Assembly (NCBI GenBank): GCA_033762915.1
Contig: JANRLD010000088.1
Span: 1-62,546, forward strand
DNA from: Meiothermus sp.
GTDB taxonomy: Bacteria; Deinococcota; Deinococci; Deinococcales; Thermaceae
DNA: 62,546 nt
Reading direction: 5' to 3'
The notes below the pieces were generated by a model that was not told where the DNA came from, made no database searches, and worked only from the letters and a program-made list of their open reading frames with translations. Position numbers and translations under genes: made by a program. Shown here one piece after another: positions 21,010 to 30,906 of the stretch (the first letter of the stretch is position 1; each line of letters begins with the position of its first letter).

Positions 21010-22899
21010 ATGAGCCGCTGGCTATTTCTAGCGATCAACTTGGTAGTTCTGGCCTTGATGGCCCTCTCTCCGTGGGCCGTCCCGGCTCGAGACTTCGACG
21101 GCAGCGGCCACCTGCTCAACCCGCTGGGGCCGATCAACCCCGCCGGGATTGCCCTGCCCGATGGCCTCAGCTTCGGCTGGCTGGGCTTCGTGCTGGCGCT
21201 GTGGGTGCTGATCGTGGTCGCCGCGACGGTGCTCTACTTCATGCCCGCCACGCCGCAGCGCGCCCGGCTGTTCTACATCCTGGGTGGGGTGGGGCTGGGA
21301 GTGTTTTTGATCGAGGCGGTGTGGTTCTATCAGACCGTCAACGCCTTCAACAGCGCGGCCGTAGCGGCCGGGGCCAGCCGACCGCCGCTGCGGCGATTCT
21401 CGCTGGGACTGGGAATGTACCTGGGGCTGTTCTACTCGGTCTTCCTGCTGATCGTGGCCCGCATGGGGCAGCCGGGCGGGCGGGCTTTCTTCGTGCGCTA
21501 CCGGGGGGCGGTGGTGCCGGTGGTCTCGCTGCTGCTGGCCATCGTGATCGGCGGGCTCATCGTGGGAATTCTACGGCCCGGAATCGGGACGCAGGGAGTG
21601 GAGAACCTGAGCCTGCGCGACAACATCGGGACCAAGCTCGACCTGGTGACCTACGTCTATCAGATTTTGCTCAGCCCGCTCATCAACCTTCCTGGGATCG
21701 TCTCGAGCCTGACCTTCGCCACCCCGCTAATCCTGGCGGGCCTGGCGGTGGCCTTCGGCTTCGCAGCGGGGGTATTCAATATCGGAGCCTCGGGGCAGAT
21801 CACCATCGGGGCCGTCTTCGCGATGCTGGTGGGGGTCTATTTGCCGCTGCCCGGCTGGCTTCTGCTGCCCACCGCCATCCTCGCGGCAGCAGTTGGCGGC
21901 GGGCTGTGGGGGGCGATACCCGGCTGGCTCAAGGCGAGGTTCGGGGCCAGCGAGGTCATCAACACCATCATGCTCAACTACGTCGCGGCCTCGGTGATGC
22001 TCTTTCTGCTGGCCTCCAACACCTACTCGTTCTTCGGCAACACCATCACGCTGCCCTTCAAGGCCGAGGGCCTCGAGGCCCGCAGCAACCTGCTCCAGGA
22101 AGGCGCACGGCTGCCCTACATGAAGGACGTGGTGGTGCCCGGCGGCGAGTTCTCCTGGGCGCTTCCGCTGGCGGCGGTAGCGGCGGTGGTGGCCTACTAC
22201 GGGCTGCGGCGGCTCGAGCTGGGCCGGCGGCTGCTGTTCTCGGGAGGGGCGCTGTTGTTGGGCTGGTTGGTGGGAGGTTTTTTGCCGGGCTTCCCGGTGC
22301 AGCTCTCCTCCTCCGTCGCCTCGCTCAACCTCAACGCGGCCTTCCTGATTGCGCTGCTGGCCTGCCTCTTCTACAACTTCTACCTGTTCCGCTCCTCCGG
22401 TGGCTACGAGCTGCGGGCCACCGGCCTGGCCCCCAAGGCCGCTGAGTACGCCGGGGTCAACCTCAACCGCAAGGTGGTGATGGCCATGTTCATCTCCGGG
22501 GCACTGGCCGGCTTGGTCGCCACCCACTACGTGATGGGGGCCGCCGCCAACCAGGGCGAGTACCGGCTCTACCAGAGCATCACCGTGAGCGTGGGCTTCG
22601 ACGGCATCGCGGTCGCGCTGATGGGACAGGGCCAGCCGGTGGGCATCTTGCTGGCCTCGCTGTTGTTCGGGGTGCTGCTGGCCGGCGGCCCGTCGCTCAA
22701 CCAGCAGCTGGGCATCAGCCCCCAGCTGATCCAGGTCCTGCAGGGCATGATCATCCTCTTCATCGCCGTCGGCGGGCTGCTGCCGCGCTACTTCACCGAC
22801 CCCCTGCGGGCCGCACAGGTCGAGACTGAGGCCAGGGCCGAGCGGGAGGCCCTCGAGGCCAAGGCGGCGGGGGGCGGGGCCCGGGGAGCGGGGAGTTAA
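21010..22899 (+). CDS. Nucleoside/sugar ABC transporter permease (BPD_transp_2) with N-terminal extension
   Basis: FNIGASGQ, SEVINTIMLNYVA, GYELRATG, GFDGIAVAL. Confidence 0.88.
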   Translation: MSRWLFLAINLVVLALMALSPWAVPARDFDGSGHLLNPLGPINPAGIALPDGLSFGWLGFVLALWVLIVVAATVLYFMPATPQRARLFYILGGVGLGVFLIEAVWFYQTVNAFNSAAVAAGASRPPLRRFSLGLGMYLGLFYSVFLLIVARMGQPGGRAFFVRYRGAVVPVVSLLLAIVIGGLIVGILRPGIGTQGVENLSLRDNIGTKLDLVTYVYQILLSPLINLPGIVSSLTFATPLILAGLAVAFGFAAGVFNIGASGQITIGAVFAMLVGVYLPLPGWLLLPTAILAAAVGGGLWGAIPGWLKARFGASEVINTIMLNYVAASVMLFLLASNTYSFFGNTITLPFKAEGLEARSNLLQEGARLPYMKDVVVPGGEFSWALPLAAVAAVVAYYGLRRLELGRRLLFSGGALLLGWLVGGFLPGFPVQLSSSVASLNLNAAFLIALLACLFYNFYLFRSSGGYELRATGLAPKAAEYAGVNLNRKVVMAMFISGALAGLVATHYVMGAAANQGEYRLYQSITVSVGFDGIAVALMGQGQPVGILLASLLFGVLLAGGPSLNQQLGISPQLIQVLQGMIILFIAVGGLLPRYFTDPLRAAQVETEARAEREALEAKAAGGGARGAGS

Positions 22900-22900
22900 C

Positions 22901-23815
22901 ATGGAAATCGCACTGGCGCTACTCTTCTCCACGCTACGGCAGGCCACACCGCTGCTGTTCACGGCCCTGGGCGGTCTGTTCTCCGAGCGCAGCGGGGTGG
23001 CCAACATCGGCCTCGAGGGGATGATCCTCTTTGGGGCCGTGGCCGCTGCCGTAACCACCCAGCAGATCGAGCGCGGCCTTGGCTCGCCGGACGGGGCGCT
23101 GTGGATTCCGTTCGTGGGCCTGCTGGCCGGGGCGGCCATCGGCGGCTTGGCCGGGCTGATTCACGCAGTGGTGTGCATCCGCTTCAAGGCCGACCAGATC
23201 ATCTCCGGCACCGCTATCAACATCCTTGCCCTGGGGGCTCCTTCGATCCTCCTGCAGGTGCTCTACAACAACACCTCCACCTCCGGCGAGGTCTCTAACC
23301 GCTTGCCCAACTTCGACATCGGCTCTGGCTCGCTTTCGCTGCTGGTTTTCGTGGCCTTCCTGCTGGTGCCCGCCGTGTGGTGGCTGCTGTTCAAGACCCC
23401 CTGGGGGCTGCGGCTGCGGGCGGTGGGCGAGCACCCCGAAGCCGCCGAGACCATGGGGGTGGACGTGATCCGCATGCGCTACATTGCGGTGATTCTGTCC
23501 GGCGTGCTGGCCGGCATCGCAGGGGCCTACCTATCCATCGGGTTCGGCAATCAGTTCGTCCGCGCCATGAGCGCCGGGTTGGGCTTTATCGCCTTGGCCG
23601 CCCTGATCTTCGGTAAGTGGAACCCCTGGGGCGTGCTGGGGGCCTGCCTGCTGTTCGGCTTCTTCCGCGCCCTGGCCATCTACCTGGGCGGTGGCAACAT
23701 CATGCCCTCGGTGATCGTAGACGCCATCCCTTACCTCCTGACCATGCTGGTGCTGGCGGGTTTCATCGGGCGCAGCCGCGCCCCCGCAGCGCTGGGACGA
23801 CCATTTGAGCGATAA
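22901..23815 (+). CDS. Nucleoside ABC transporter permease
   Basis: SERSGVANIGLEG, GLRLRAVGEHP.AA, GFIALAALIFGKW.P. Confidence 0.9.
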   Translation: MEIALALLFSTLRQATPLLFTALGGLFSERSGVANIGLEGMILFGAVAAAVTTQQIERGLGSPDGALWIPFVGLLAGAAIGGLAGLIHAVVCIRFKADQIISGTAINILALGAPSILLQVLYNNTSTSGEVSNRLPNFDIGSGSLSLLVFVAFLLVPAVWWLLFKTPWGLRLRAVGEHPEAAETMGVDVIRMRYIAVILSGVLAGIAGAYLSIGFGNQFVRAMSAGLGFIALAALIFGKWNPWGVLGACLLFGFFRALAIYLGGGNIMPSVIVDAIPYLLTMLVLAGFIGRSRAPAALGRPFER

Positions 23816-23865
23816 GCGTCTTTTTGCTGTCAGCCGTCAGTCGAAGCACCGTAGCCGTTGTCAAT

Positions 23866-24069
23866 CCGGAGTCGTCGCAATGCGACGACTCCGCAATTTT
23901 GCTCACTCGAGGAATCCTTTGCCGCATGAAACGGAAGTCATGGCGTTTTGCATGAACGACCCGGAGGTAAAGGAATCTTGCAGCCGTTCCCACCCTTTCG
24001 CCCCACCACACGAGGGGGAATGGACCCCGCACATCCGAGTCTCTGCGTGAAGGGCGCTTACAGGAACCG
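23866..24069. repeat. Intergenic hairpin/REP cluster
   Basis: Perfect stem ggagtcgtcgca-a-tgcgacgactcc (~23868-23892) and a family C module at ~24022-24069. Confidence 0.55.
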
Positions 24070-24172
24070 CGATCAGTTGAGGAGGCAGCCCACGGAATCA
24101 CCGGCCCTTGAGCGTCAGGCCGCATCCGCTGGGAATGATGGCGGTGTGGGTGTACCGGCCTACGGTGTCGGG

Positions 24173-24409
24173 TTAGGGCTGAAAGCGCTCTTTGGGGGCC
24201 TGCAAAATCGCTAGCGCCAGGGCTTCGTCCGGGTTGCCGTCGCCCCGGTAGGCCTCGGGCTCTTTCTCGAGCCACACGTACCCCTTATGGTGAAACTGGA
24301 TCGAGCGAAAGCCCAGCGCGTAAGCGGCCTCGATCAGCTCGCCCAAGGTCTCAGCGTGAACCTCCTTGGCCTCGAGCTGGGCCTTGAGTTCGGGGGAAAT
24401 CTTCAACAT
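24173..24409 (-). CDS. Small hypothetical protein
   Basis: 78-aa ORF with typical codon usage. TAGGCT -10 about 6 nt before the ATG. Confidence 0.6.
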   Translation of the reverse strand: MLKISPELKAQLEAKEVHAETLGELIEAAYALGFRSIQFHHKGYVWLEKEPEAYRGDGNPDEALALAILQAPKERFQP

Positions 24410-24654
24410 GCGTATAGCCTACAGCGGATTTTGTTCTAGGCTCTGCGAAAACCCTGGGGATCAAATCCGTTCCCCACAGTGTTTTCAGGGGGTGTGACGC
24501 TCAGCTTGAGAGGCGCCGTAGTGGGTAAGGCCGTTGACCGAAAACCGACGGCCACTGCCTGACCTCGGTTCACACCTTCACTGCGGTCTTCGGGCCCGGC
24601 ACAGCGCTTGTGGAGCTTTTGTCCGCGCCGGGTTATCGGGATCACCCCCCCACC

Positions 24655-25530
24655 TTATGGCCTCAGCGCCAGGGCCGCGCCGCCGAGCAGCACAAGGCTC
24701 GCCACCAGCTCCATCGCCGTGACCCGCTCGCCCAGCAGTACCGCGCCCAGCACCAGCGCGATGACAGGGCAGACGAAGGTGTAGCTCGAGACCCGGGTTG
24801 CGGGCCAGCGGGCCAGCAGGTAGTAGTAGAGCGTCAAGCCGAGAATGGAACCGGCCAGCACCAGATAGGCCAGCCCGAAGGCCACAGGGGGCTCAAGCAG
24901 ATGCGTTAGCGTTTGCGCGGACACGGGCTCGATCCACCAGCCCGCCAGCAGCAGCATCACCCCACCGGGGAGCATCTGGCTGCTGGTGATCTCGAGCGGC
25001 GGGTATTTCGCCGCCAGGGGGCGCAGCAAGACGGTGGAGAGCCCGTAGACCGACGACCCCAGCGCCATCACCAGAACCGCGAGGGCCTGCTGGCTGGTCT
25101 GCTCGAGTCCCAGACTGGGGGCGAACAGCAGCATCAGCCCCGCGACGCCCAGCCCTATGCCCCAATGCTTGCTGGGCGTGACCCGCTCCCGCCCCAGCAG
25201 CAGGCTGAAGCCCAGGATTGAGAGCGAGACTGAGCTGAAGTTCACCACCGCCGCCAGCCCCGAACTCAGGTAGGTGATGCTCCAAAACCCCAGGCCGTAG
25301 CCCAGCATGATCGAGAACACGCTGAGGCCCGCCAGACGCAATCGATCCGGCCCCGAGACCTCCAGCACCGTCCGCCTCAGTGCGAACCAGGCCAGAATCA
25401 GGGCCGCCGCCAGCACGAAGCGCACGCCCGACAAGAACACCGGAGGAACGCTAGCCGCCGCCACCTTGAGGGCCACGAAGGTCGAGCCCCAGGCCAGGCA
25501 CATCAGGGCGAAAGCGAGCGGCGGATTCAT
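24655..25530 (-). CDS. EamA/DMT family transporter
   Basis: WGSTFVALK, two EamA halves, about 10 TMs. Confidence 0.9.
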   Translation of the reverse strand: MNPPLAFALMCLAWGSTFVALKVAAASVPPVFLSGVRFVLAAALILAWFALRRTVLEVSGPDRLRLAGLSVFSIMLGYGLGFWSITYLSSGLAAVVNFSSVSLSILGFSLLLGRERVTPSKHWGIGLGVAGLMLLFAPSLGLEQTSQQALAVLVMALGSSVYGLSTVLLRPLAAKYPPLEITSSQMLPGGVMLLLAGWWIEPVSAQTLTHLLEPPVAFGLAYLVLAGSILGLTLYYYLLARWPATRVSSYTFVCPVIALVLGAVLLGERVTAMELVASLVLLGGAALALRP

Positions 25531-26039
25531 AACAACTTATACATCACCACCGTCCCGTGCTGCTCGCCGTCCTGGTAGATGGCGTATTTGGGAATCACCC
25601 CCGCAGTCCGCCAGCCCAAGCTCTCGTACAGGAGAACGGCGGCGTGACCCTCGAGCGTGTCCAACACCAGCGTAGTCCGGCCCAGCCGCAACGCCTCGGC
25701 CTCGGCGACTTCCATCATCAGCCTCGCGATGCCCCGGCGGCGCTGGGTAGTGTGAACCATCACTTTGGCAATCTCGGCACGGTGGATGCCGTTGGCCCTA
25801 GTCTCGAGGTTGAGCTGGATGGTTCCCACCAGCCTCCCACCCTCAAACGCGCCCCACAGGAGCTTGCCCGGCCCCCGGATGGCCTCGAGCACGTCCCGCC
25901 AGTATCCCGCGGCCTCGGCCTCGGAGAGCGGGGGGAGGAAGCCTACCGAGGCCCCGCCGTCCACCACGTCTTGCAAAAGTGCCACAAACTCGGGGATGAG
26001 CGGCTCGAGCTGGCCGGCGCTGAGTTGTCTCATATCCAT
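25527..26039 (-). CDS. GNAT acetyltransferase (Ttr-like)
   Basis: GASVGFL.P, HRAEIAKVMVH...RRRGIA, LVLDT, LYESLGW. GGAGG RBS. Confidence 0.88.
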   Translation of the reverse strand: MDMRQLSAGQLEPLIPEFVALLQDVVDGGASVGFLPPLSEAEAAGYWRDVLEAIRGPGKLLWGAFEGGRLVGTIQLNLETRANGIHRAEIAKVMVHTTQRRRGIARLMMEVAEAEALRLGRTTLVLDTLEGHAAVLLYESLGWRTAGVIPKYAIYQDGEQHGTVVMYKLL

Positions 26040-26169
26040 GCTACCTCCAGGGTGTGCGGTACCGGCGGTTGGCCGCAAAAAGGGATTCCTCGGGTTGATG
26101 GAGCTTTTGGGCAGCCCGGCGCGGCCCATCGACTGCGCAACCGCGGCTGCAGAAAACGGCGTCCGGCGT

Positions 26170-26628
26170 TCAGCCCATCAGCTTCTCCATGCAGATGCTG
26201 GTCGCACTGCCCACGTAGACGCCGAACGGCAGGATGTGGCGAAACCCCAAGCTGACGTAGAGGTTGAGCGCCTCGACCTGAGCGTTGCCGGTCTCGAGGC
26301 GCATCACCTTGATCCCGCGCCCCCAAGCGTAGTCGCAGAGGCGGTTCACCAGCGCCTTACCCAGCCCCTGACCCCGGAATTGCGGGCGCACGTACATGCG
26401 CTTCAGCTCGGCGTACTCGGAGCCAAAAATCTGCACCCCGCCGCACCCCGCAGGCAAGCCGTCGACGTACACCACAAAGAACGCCACGCCCTGCTGGACC
26501 AGTCTCTCGACGCTGTAGCCGAACCGGCTCTCTGGGGCGTAGTTGGGGTTTAGCGCCGCGTCGAGTTCGCCGATCAGCTCGGTCGCCGTAGGTGAGTCGG
26601 GTCGTTCAGCCTGGATAACCACCGTCAT
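26170..26628 (-). CDS. GNAT acetyltransferase
   Basis: AELKRMYVRPQFRGQGLG, RLETG..Q.EA..LY..LGF. Confidence 0.9.
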   Translation of the reverse strand: MTVVIQAERPDSPTATELIGELDAALNPNYAPESRFGYSVERLVQQGVAFFVVYVDGLPAGCGGVQIFGSEYAELKRMYVRPQFRGQGLGKALVNRLCDYAWGRGIKVMRLETGNAQVEALNLYVSLGFRHILPFGVYVGSATSICMEKLMG

Positions 26629-26658
26629 ATCTCCCCCGTCCTGTCGCTGGCTTAGCGC

Positions 26659-27177
26659 TCACTGCTCGCTGCGACCATCCAGCATTTTCTGCATAAACAC
26701 CAGATCCAGCCACCGCCCGAACTTGAACCCGACCTGTTTAAAGTGCGCAACCGGAGAGAAGCCGAAGTGCCGGTGGAGCTTCTGGCTGGCGAGGTTGGAG
26801 GCGTCGATTCCTGCCAGAAGGGTATGCAAGTTCAGCCCTCGAGCGCTTTCCAGCAGCGGCGGGATCAGCAGCCTGCCAATGCCCTGCCCGCGCCGCTCGG
26901 GGTGAACATACACCGAATGCTCCGCGCTGTGCAGGTAAGCCGGCCAGGGTCGGAAGGGGCCGAAGGTGCTGAAGCCGAGGGCCCCCCGGCCCTCGTCGGC
27001 CACGAAAACCGGCCAGCCGTCTCTGTGCTTGGTGCGCAGCCACTCCAGACGGTTCTCCTCGGTCACGGGCTCGTAGAAGTAGACCGCGGTGGTGTTGAGG
27101 ATGGCGTCGTTGAAGATCTCGGTGAGGGCGGGGACGTCTTCCTCTGTGGCTTCACGAACCGTTATAGTGTCGCCCAT
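26659..27177 (-). CDS. GNAT, phosphinothricin/L-methionine sulfoximine acetyltransferase-like
   Basis: EHSVYVHP..RGQGIG, N.ASQKLH..FGF, VGFKFGRWLD. Confidence 0.88.
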   Translation of the reverse strand: MGDTITVREATEEDVPALTEIFNDAILNTTAVYFYEPVTEENRLEWLRTKHRDGWPVFVADEGRGALGFSTFGPFRPWPAYLHSAEHSVYVHPERRGQGIGRLLIPPLLESARGLNLHTLLAGIDASNLASQKLHRHFGFSPVAHFKQVGFKFGRWLDLVFMQKMLDGRSEQ

Positions 27178-27235
27178 ACCGATTTAGCTTATTGCCCTCC
27201 TGCAAAGGGTTCAAGCCTCGAGTGCCAATGCCAGA

Positions 27236-27252
27236 TATCAAAAACTCTGATA
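27236..27252. promoter_or_regulatory. LysR-type recognition box (T-N11-A dyad)
   Basis: TATCA-N7-TGATA between the divergent LysR and GNAT genes. Confidence 0.65.
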
Positions 27253-27261
27253 GTTTGTGGC

Positions 27262-28170
27262 ATGGAACTCGAACAGCTGGTGGCCTTCGAGCGGGTGGTG
27301 AGGGAGGGGAGCTTCAGCAGGGCGGCCTGGGCGCTGGGCATCGCACAGCCGACGGTGAGCGCGCGGATCGCGGCCCTCGAGCGCTCGGTGGGCGGCCCGC
27401 TGTTCAGGCGCGGGCGCAAGGTCGGCCTGACCGAGCGCGGGGTCAGCCTGTTGCCCTACGCCCGGCGCGTCCTTAGCGCAGTGGAGGACGGCCTCGAGGC
27501 GGCCCGGCTCTCCGGCTCGGGCCTACGCGGGCAGCTCAACGTGGGGGTGTTGCGCTCACTCTCAGGCGGGCTGCTGGGGCCGGTGGCGCTCGAGTTCGCC
27601 CACCGCTACCCCGAGGTAGAGTTCCGCGCCCGCGAGGGCGACCACTGGAGCCTGGTGGAGTGGTTGTGCGATGGCCTGACCGACCTGGCCCTGATCTGCT
27701 GGCCCCCGCTCGACCCCGCCCTGGCCGACATGACCCCGCTGTTCACCCTGCGCGAGGAGACCGTGTTCGCGGTCTCGAGCCAGCATCCGCTGGCGCGCCA
27801 GGGCCATGTAACGCGAGCCGAGATTCTGGAGCACTGCCGCCCCTTCCTCCTGTTGCGCTGGTGGCAGAGCACGCCGCTCGAGATCACCCAACTTGCGGCC
27901 CAGTCCGGCTTCGCAGTGGACGTGCCCAACGAAACGGGGCGCTTCCTGGCCGCTTACGGAAAAGCGGGCGGTTTCTTCAGCAAACCCACCATCCTGCCCG
28001 ACCTTTCGGCGGGGCGCGTCGTCGAACTCGAGGTCACCGACCTCCCCCCCATCGCCCGCGAGACCGCCCTGGTTCACCTCAGCCGCCACAGCCAGCTCTC
28101 AGCGGCGGCGCACAACTTCGCCGAGCTGCTGCGCCTCGAGGCGAGGCGGCAGAAGTTGCTGCAGGGTTAA
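27262..28170 (+). CDS. LysR family transcriptional regulator
   Basis: EGSFSRAA..L.IAQPTVSARI..LE HTH. Divergent from the GNAT operon. Confidence 0.93.
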   Translation: MELEQLVAFERVVREGSFSRAAWALGIAQPTVSARIAALERSVGGPLFRRGRKVGLTERGVSLLPYARRVLSAVEDGLEAARLSGSGLRGQLNVGVLRSLSGGLLGPVALEFAHRYPEVEFRAREGDHWSLVEWLCDGLTDLALICWPPLDPALADMTPLFTLREETVFAVSSQHPLARQGHVTRAEILEHCRPFLLLRWWQSTPLEITQLAAQSGFAVDVPNETGRFLAAYGKAGGFFSKPTILPDLSAGRVVELEVTDLPPIARETALVHLSRHSQLSAAAHNFAELLRLEARRQKLLQG

Positions 28171-28325
28171 GTTGCGCCAGGGTGAACGTGCGGAGTCAGC
28201 GGAAGCGGCAAATACGTGGCAGGGCGAAGTGGCGTGCGCCATAGCCGCAGAGTGTTCGTGGCAACCGCTCTACAGCAAAAACCGCCCGCTTTAGCGCCGT
28301 AGGGGGTATGCGTGGGAACCCCTCT
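28168..28325. repeat. Composite family B plus family A repeat
   Basis: taagttgcgccagggtg...gtggcgtgcgccatagccgc (B) fused to gtgttcgtggcaaccgctctacagc...gcgtgggaacc (A). Confidence 0.7.
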
Positions 28326-29944
28326 CAGACCATCTTCTTTACCGCGATCAACCGCTCAGCCGCCCAAGTGTTGGCGACCTGGTCTGGTCTCAGACCAGCT
28401 TTGTGCGCGAACAGCAGGCCCAGCGACATCGCGTCCATGCCCTCGACGGTGTGGGCATCGGGGCCGAGGGCGAAGTTCAGGCGGTCGCGCCACTGGAACA
28501 TCAGTCGCCAGTCGAGGTCGAGGCGGGCCGCGTTGCAGTTGAACTCAACGATCTTGCCCGCCTCAGCGGCCTTGGACAGCACCAGATCCCAGTCGGCGTC
28601 GGCCCCCTTGCGGCGCAGCACGATGCGCCCGCTGGGGTGGCCCAGGATGCTCAAATAGGGGTTCTGTACGGCCCGTAGCAGGCGCTGGGTCTGCTCGGCC
28701 CTGGCCATCGACAGACCGGAGTGGAGGCTGCCGATCACCACCTCGAAGCGGGCCAGCAGCTCGTCGGGGTAGTCCAGCGAGCCGTCCGGCAGGATGTCCG
28801 ACTCGATGCCGCGCAGGATGCGGAAGGGGCTCAGCTCGAGGTTGAGCCGCTCGACCTCCTCCCACTGCCGCAGCACGTCCTCTAGGCGCAGCCCCCCGGC
28901 GTATGAAGCGGTCTGGGAGTGGTCCGAAATCACCATGTACCTGTAGCCCCTGGCTATCGCGGCCTCGGCCATCTGGCGCAGCGGGGCGGCCCCGTCGGAG
29001 TAGGTGGAGTGGTTGTGAATTAGCCCCAGGAGTTGCTCGGGCGTAAGGGCCTCGGCGGGTGGCTCGAGGCCGATGTGCTCCTTTTCGCGCCAGAAGGGCG
29101 GCACATACGGCTTGCCCAGCGCGGCAAACGCGGCCTCCTCGGTAGGCTGGGGGCCGATGGCTGAGGGCTGACGACTGAGGGCGGAGAGCCAGGCCTGACT
29201 CCCGGTGGCCTCAAACAGCACCGATCCGAAGTCTTCCGGCCCGGCGCAAAAAACCCGCAGGGGGAGGCCCTCGAGTTCGCCCAGAACCACCCGGCCCTGC
29301 GCCGACCGGGCGTAGTGACCGAGCGCCGACTTGACTCCGTCCGCATCAGCCTGGACCACCAGGTCCACGTTTCCGATGGTGTCCAGGCCGCGCCGCAGGC
29401 TGCCCGCGACCTCGGCCCGGAGGCCGGCGGCCTCGAGGTCGGCGAGGAGCAGCCGGGCCGCGTCCAGGGCCACCGGCAGGGTAACCCGCTGGGCGCTGTC
29501 GAGGGCGAAGCGGGCCGCCAGCAGCAGGTTGGCCTCGGTCTTGGCCCCGAAGCCCGGCAGGCCCCGAAGGTACCCCGCCTCCGCCGAGCGCACCAGCGCC
29601 TCGAGGCTGTCCACCCCGCTGTCCCACAGCGCCCGAATCCGCTTCGGCCCCAGGCCCTGCACCCGGAACAGTTCCAGCACCCCGCCCGGCACCTGCCCCT
29701 CGAGATCGGCCAGGTAGGGAAACTCCCCGGTCTGCACGATCTCCGCCAAGATTGGGGCCAGCGTCGGCCCTACCCCCGGCACACCCCGGAAGCCCGAAGC
29801 GGCCAACACCTCGAGGTCGTCCTCGAGCTTCTCGACGTTCCGCGCCACGCTGCGGTAGGCCCGGCTGCGGAAGTCGCCCTGCCCCAGCACCTCCATCAAG
29901 TCGGCGGCGTACTCGAGCATCCCGGCGAGTTCTTTGCGGTTCAT
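28325..29944 (-). CDS. polX: DNA polymerase X family protein with PHP domain (non-canonical polymerase site)
   Basis: HhH motifs (GVPGVG, GLGPKR, GFGAK), AGSLRR, PHP motifs HNHSTYSDG, SDHS, GHP, DAH. Confidence 0.88.
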   Translation of the reverse strand: MNRKELAGMLEYAADLMEVLGQGDFRSRAYRSVARNVEKLEDDLEVLAASGFRGVPGVGPTLAPILAEIVQTGEFPYLADLEGQVPGGVLELFRVQGLGPKRIRALWDSGVDSLEALVRSAEAGYLRGLPGFGAKTEANLLLAARFALDSAQRVTLPVALDAARLLLADLEAAGLRAEVAGSLRRGLDTIGNVDLVVQADADGVKSALGHYARSAQGRVVLGELEGLPLRVFCAGPEDFGSVLFEATGSQAWLSALSRQPSAIGPQPTEEAAFAALGKPYVPPFWREKEHIGLEPPAEALTPEQLLGLIHNHSTYSDGAAPLRQMAEAAIARGYRYMVISDHSQTASYAGGLRLEDVLRQWEEVERLNLELSPFRILRGIESDILPDGSLDYPDELLARFEVVIGSLHSGLSMARAEQTQRLLRAVQNPYLSILGHPSGRIVLRRKGADADWDLVLSKAAEAGKIVEFNCNAARLDLDWRLMFQWRDRLNFALGPDAHTVEGMDAMSLGLLFAHKAGLRPDQVANTWAAERLIAVKKMV

Positions 29945-29994
29945 CGGGAATAGCTTATCGCGGGGTGAAAAGAGCAAAAGTTACGCGACTATTC

Positions 29995-30121
29995 TCACCC
30001 TCGGAAGCGATCCACCGACTTCCGCCACTGCACGCCATAGGCGCGCTCGAGCCAGACCACCAGCAGCACCCCCAGAACATGAGCGCAACAGCACGATCCC
30101 CAGCAGCGCAAACCCGCTCAC
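29995..30121 (-). pseudogene. Possible ~42-aa membrane peptide with a 1-nt frameshift
   Basis: GTG overlaps the upstream stop. MSGFALLGIVLL then, in the +1 frame, AHVLGVLLVVWLERAYGVQWRKSVDRFRG*. Confidence 0.35.
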
Positions 30122-30906
30122 AACCTGTACGGCACCGGCTTCCCGCCCCTGAACACCACCGCCTCGAGATACCCCGCCCTACTCAACACGTCGGCCGCCT
30201 CGGCAAAGCGATGGCCGACTTCGGCAGGCTTGTGGGCATCGGAGCCCAGCACCACCTGGATGCCCAGCTCGCGCGCGCGGGCCAGCACCGCCGGGCCGGG
30301 ATAAAGCTCTTCCACGGGCTTGCGCCAGCCTGCGGTGTTCACGTCCAGTGCCAGGCCTTCGCCGGCAATCACCTGCAGGGCCTCTTCGGCCAACTCGAGG
30401 AGGCCCCCCTGGGGGACGTGCCCGAACTTCTTGGGCAAATCGAGGTGGCCAATGCTGTGGTAGAGACCCGACCTGGCCGCGCCCACGATCAGCCTGAAAT
30501 ACTCGGTATAAATCTCCCGTAGGTCGCGCTCGTCGTAGTCGGCGGTGTGGAGCGGGTGGTCGAAGGGCCAGGCCCCGATGAAGTGCACCGAGCCGATCAC
30601 GTAGTCGTAATCGTACTGCTGGCGCAGCCGCCGCACGAAGTACTCAGTGCCGGGGTGAAAGTCGGCCTCGAGGCCGATCCCCACATAGAAGTCTTGCGCC
30701 TCGACCCGTGTCCGCTCCATCATGGCCCAGTAGAAGGGCAGTTCCTCCAGGCTCATCCTGAAATCGGCGTCGTACCATGCGGGCATGGGGTTGTGGTCGG
30801 TCATCACCACGCCCGCGAGGCCGGCCTCCCTGGCCGCCCGGACATACTCTGCCGGCGCCCCCACCGCGTGCTTACAGAGGGGGGTATGCATGTGAGAGTC
30901 AAACAC
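30118..30906 (-). CDS. PHP-family histidinol-phosphatase (HisJ/HisK-like)
   Basis: DSHMHTPLCKHA, TDH, GLEAD, IGSVH, GHLDLPKKF, LGSDAH. Confidence 0.88.
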   Translation of the reverse strand: MFDSHMHTPLCKHAVGAPAEYVRAAREAGLAGVVMTDHNPMPAWYDADFRMSLEELPFYWAMMERTRVEAQDFYVGIGLEADFHPGTEYFVRRLRQQYDYDYVIGSVHFIGAWPFDHPLHTADYDERDLREIYTEYFRLIVGAARSGLYHSIGHLDLPKKFGHVPQGGLLELAEEALQVIAGEGLALDVNTAGWRKPVEELYPGPAVLARARELGIQVVLGSDAHKPAEVGHRFAEAADVLSRAGYLEAVVFRGGKPVPYRL

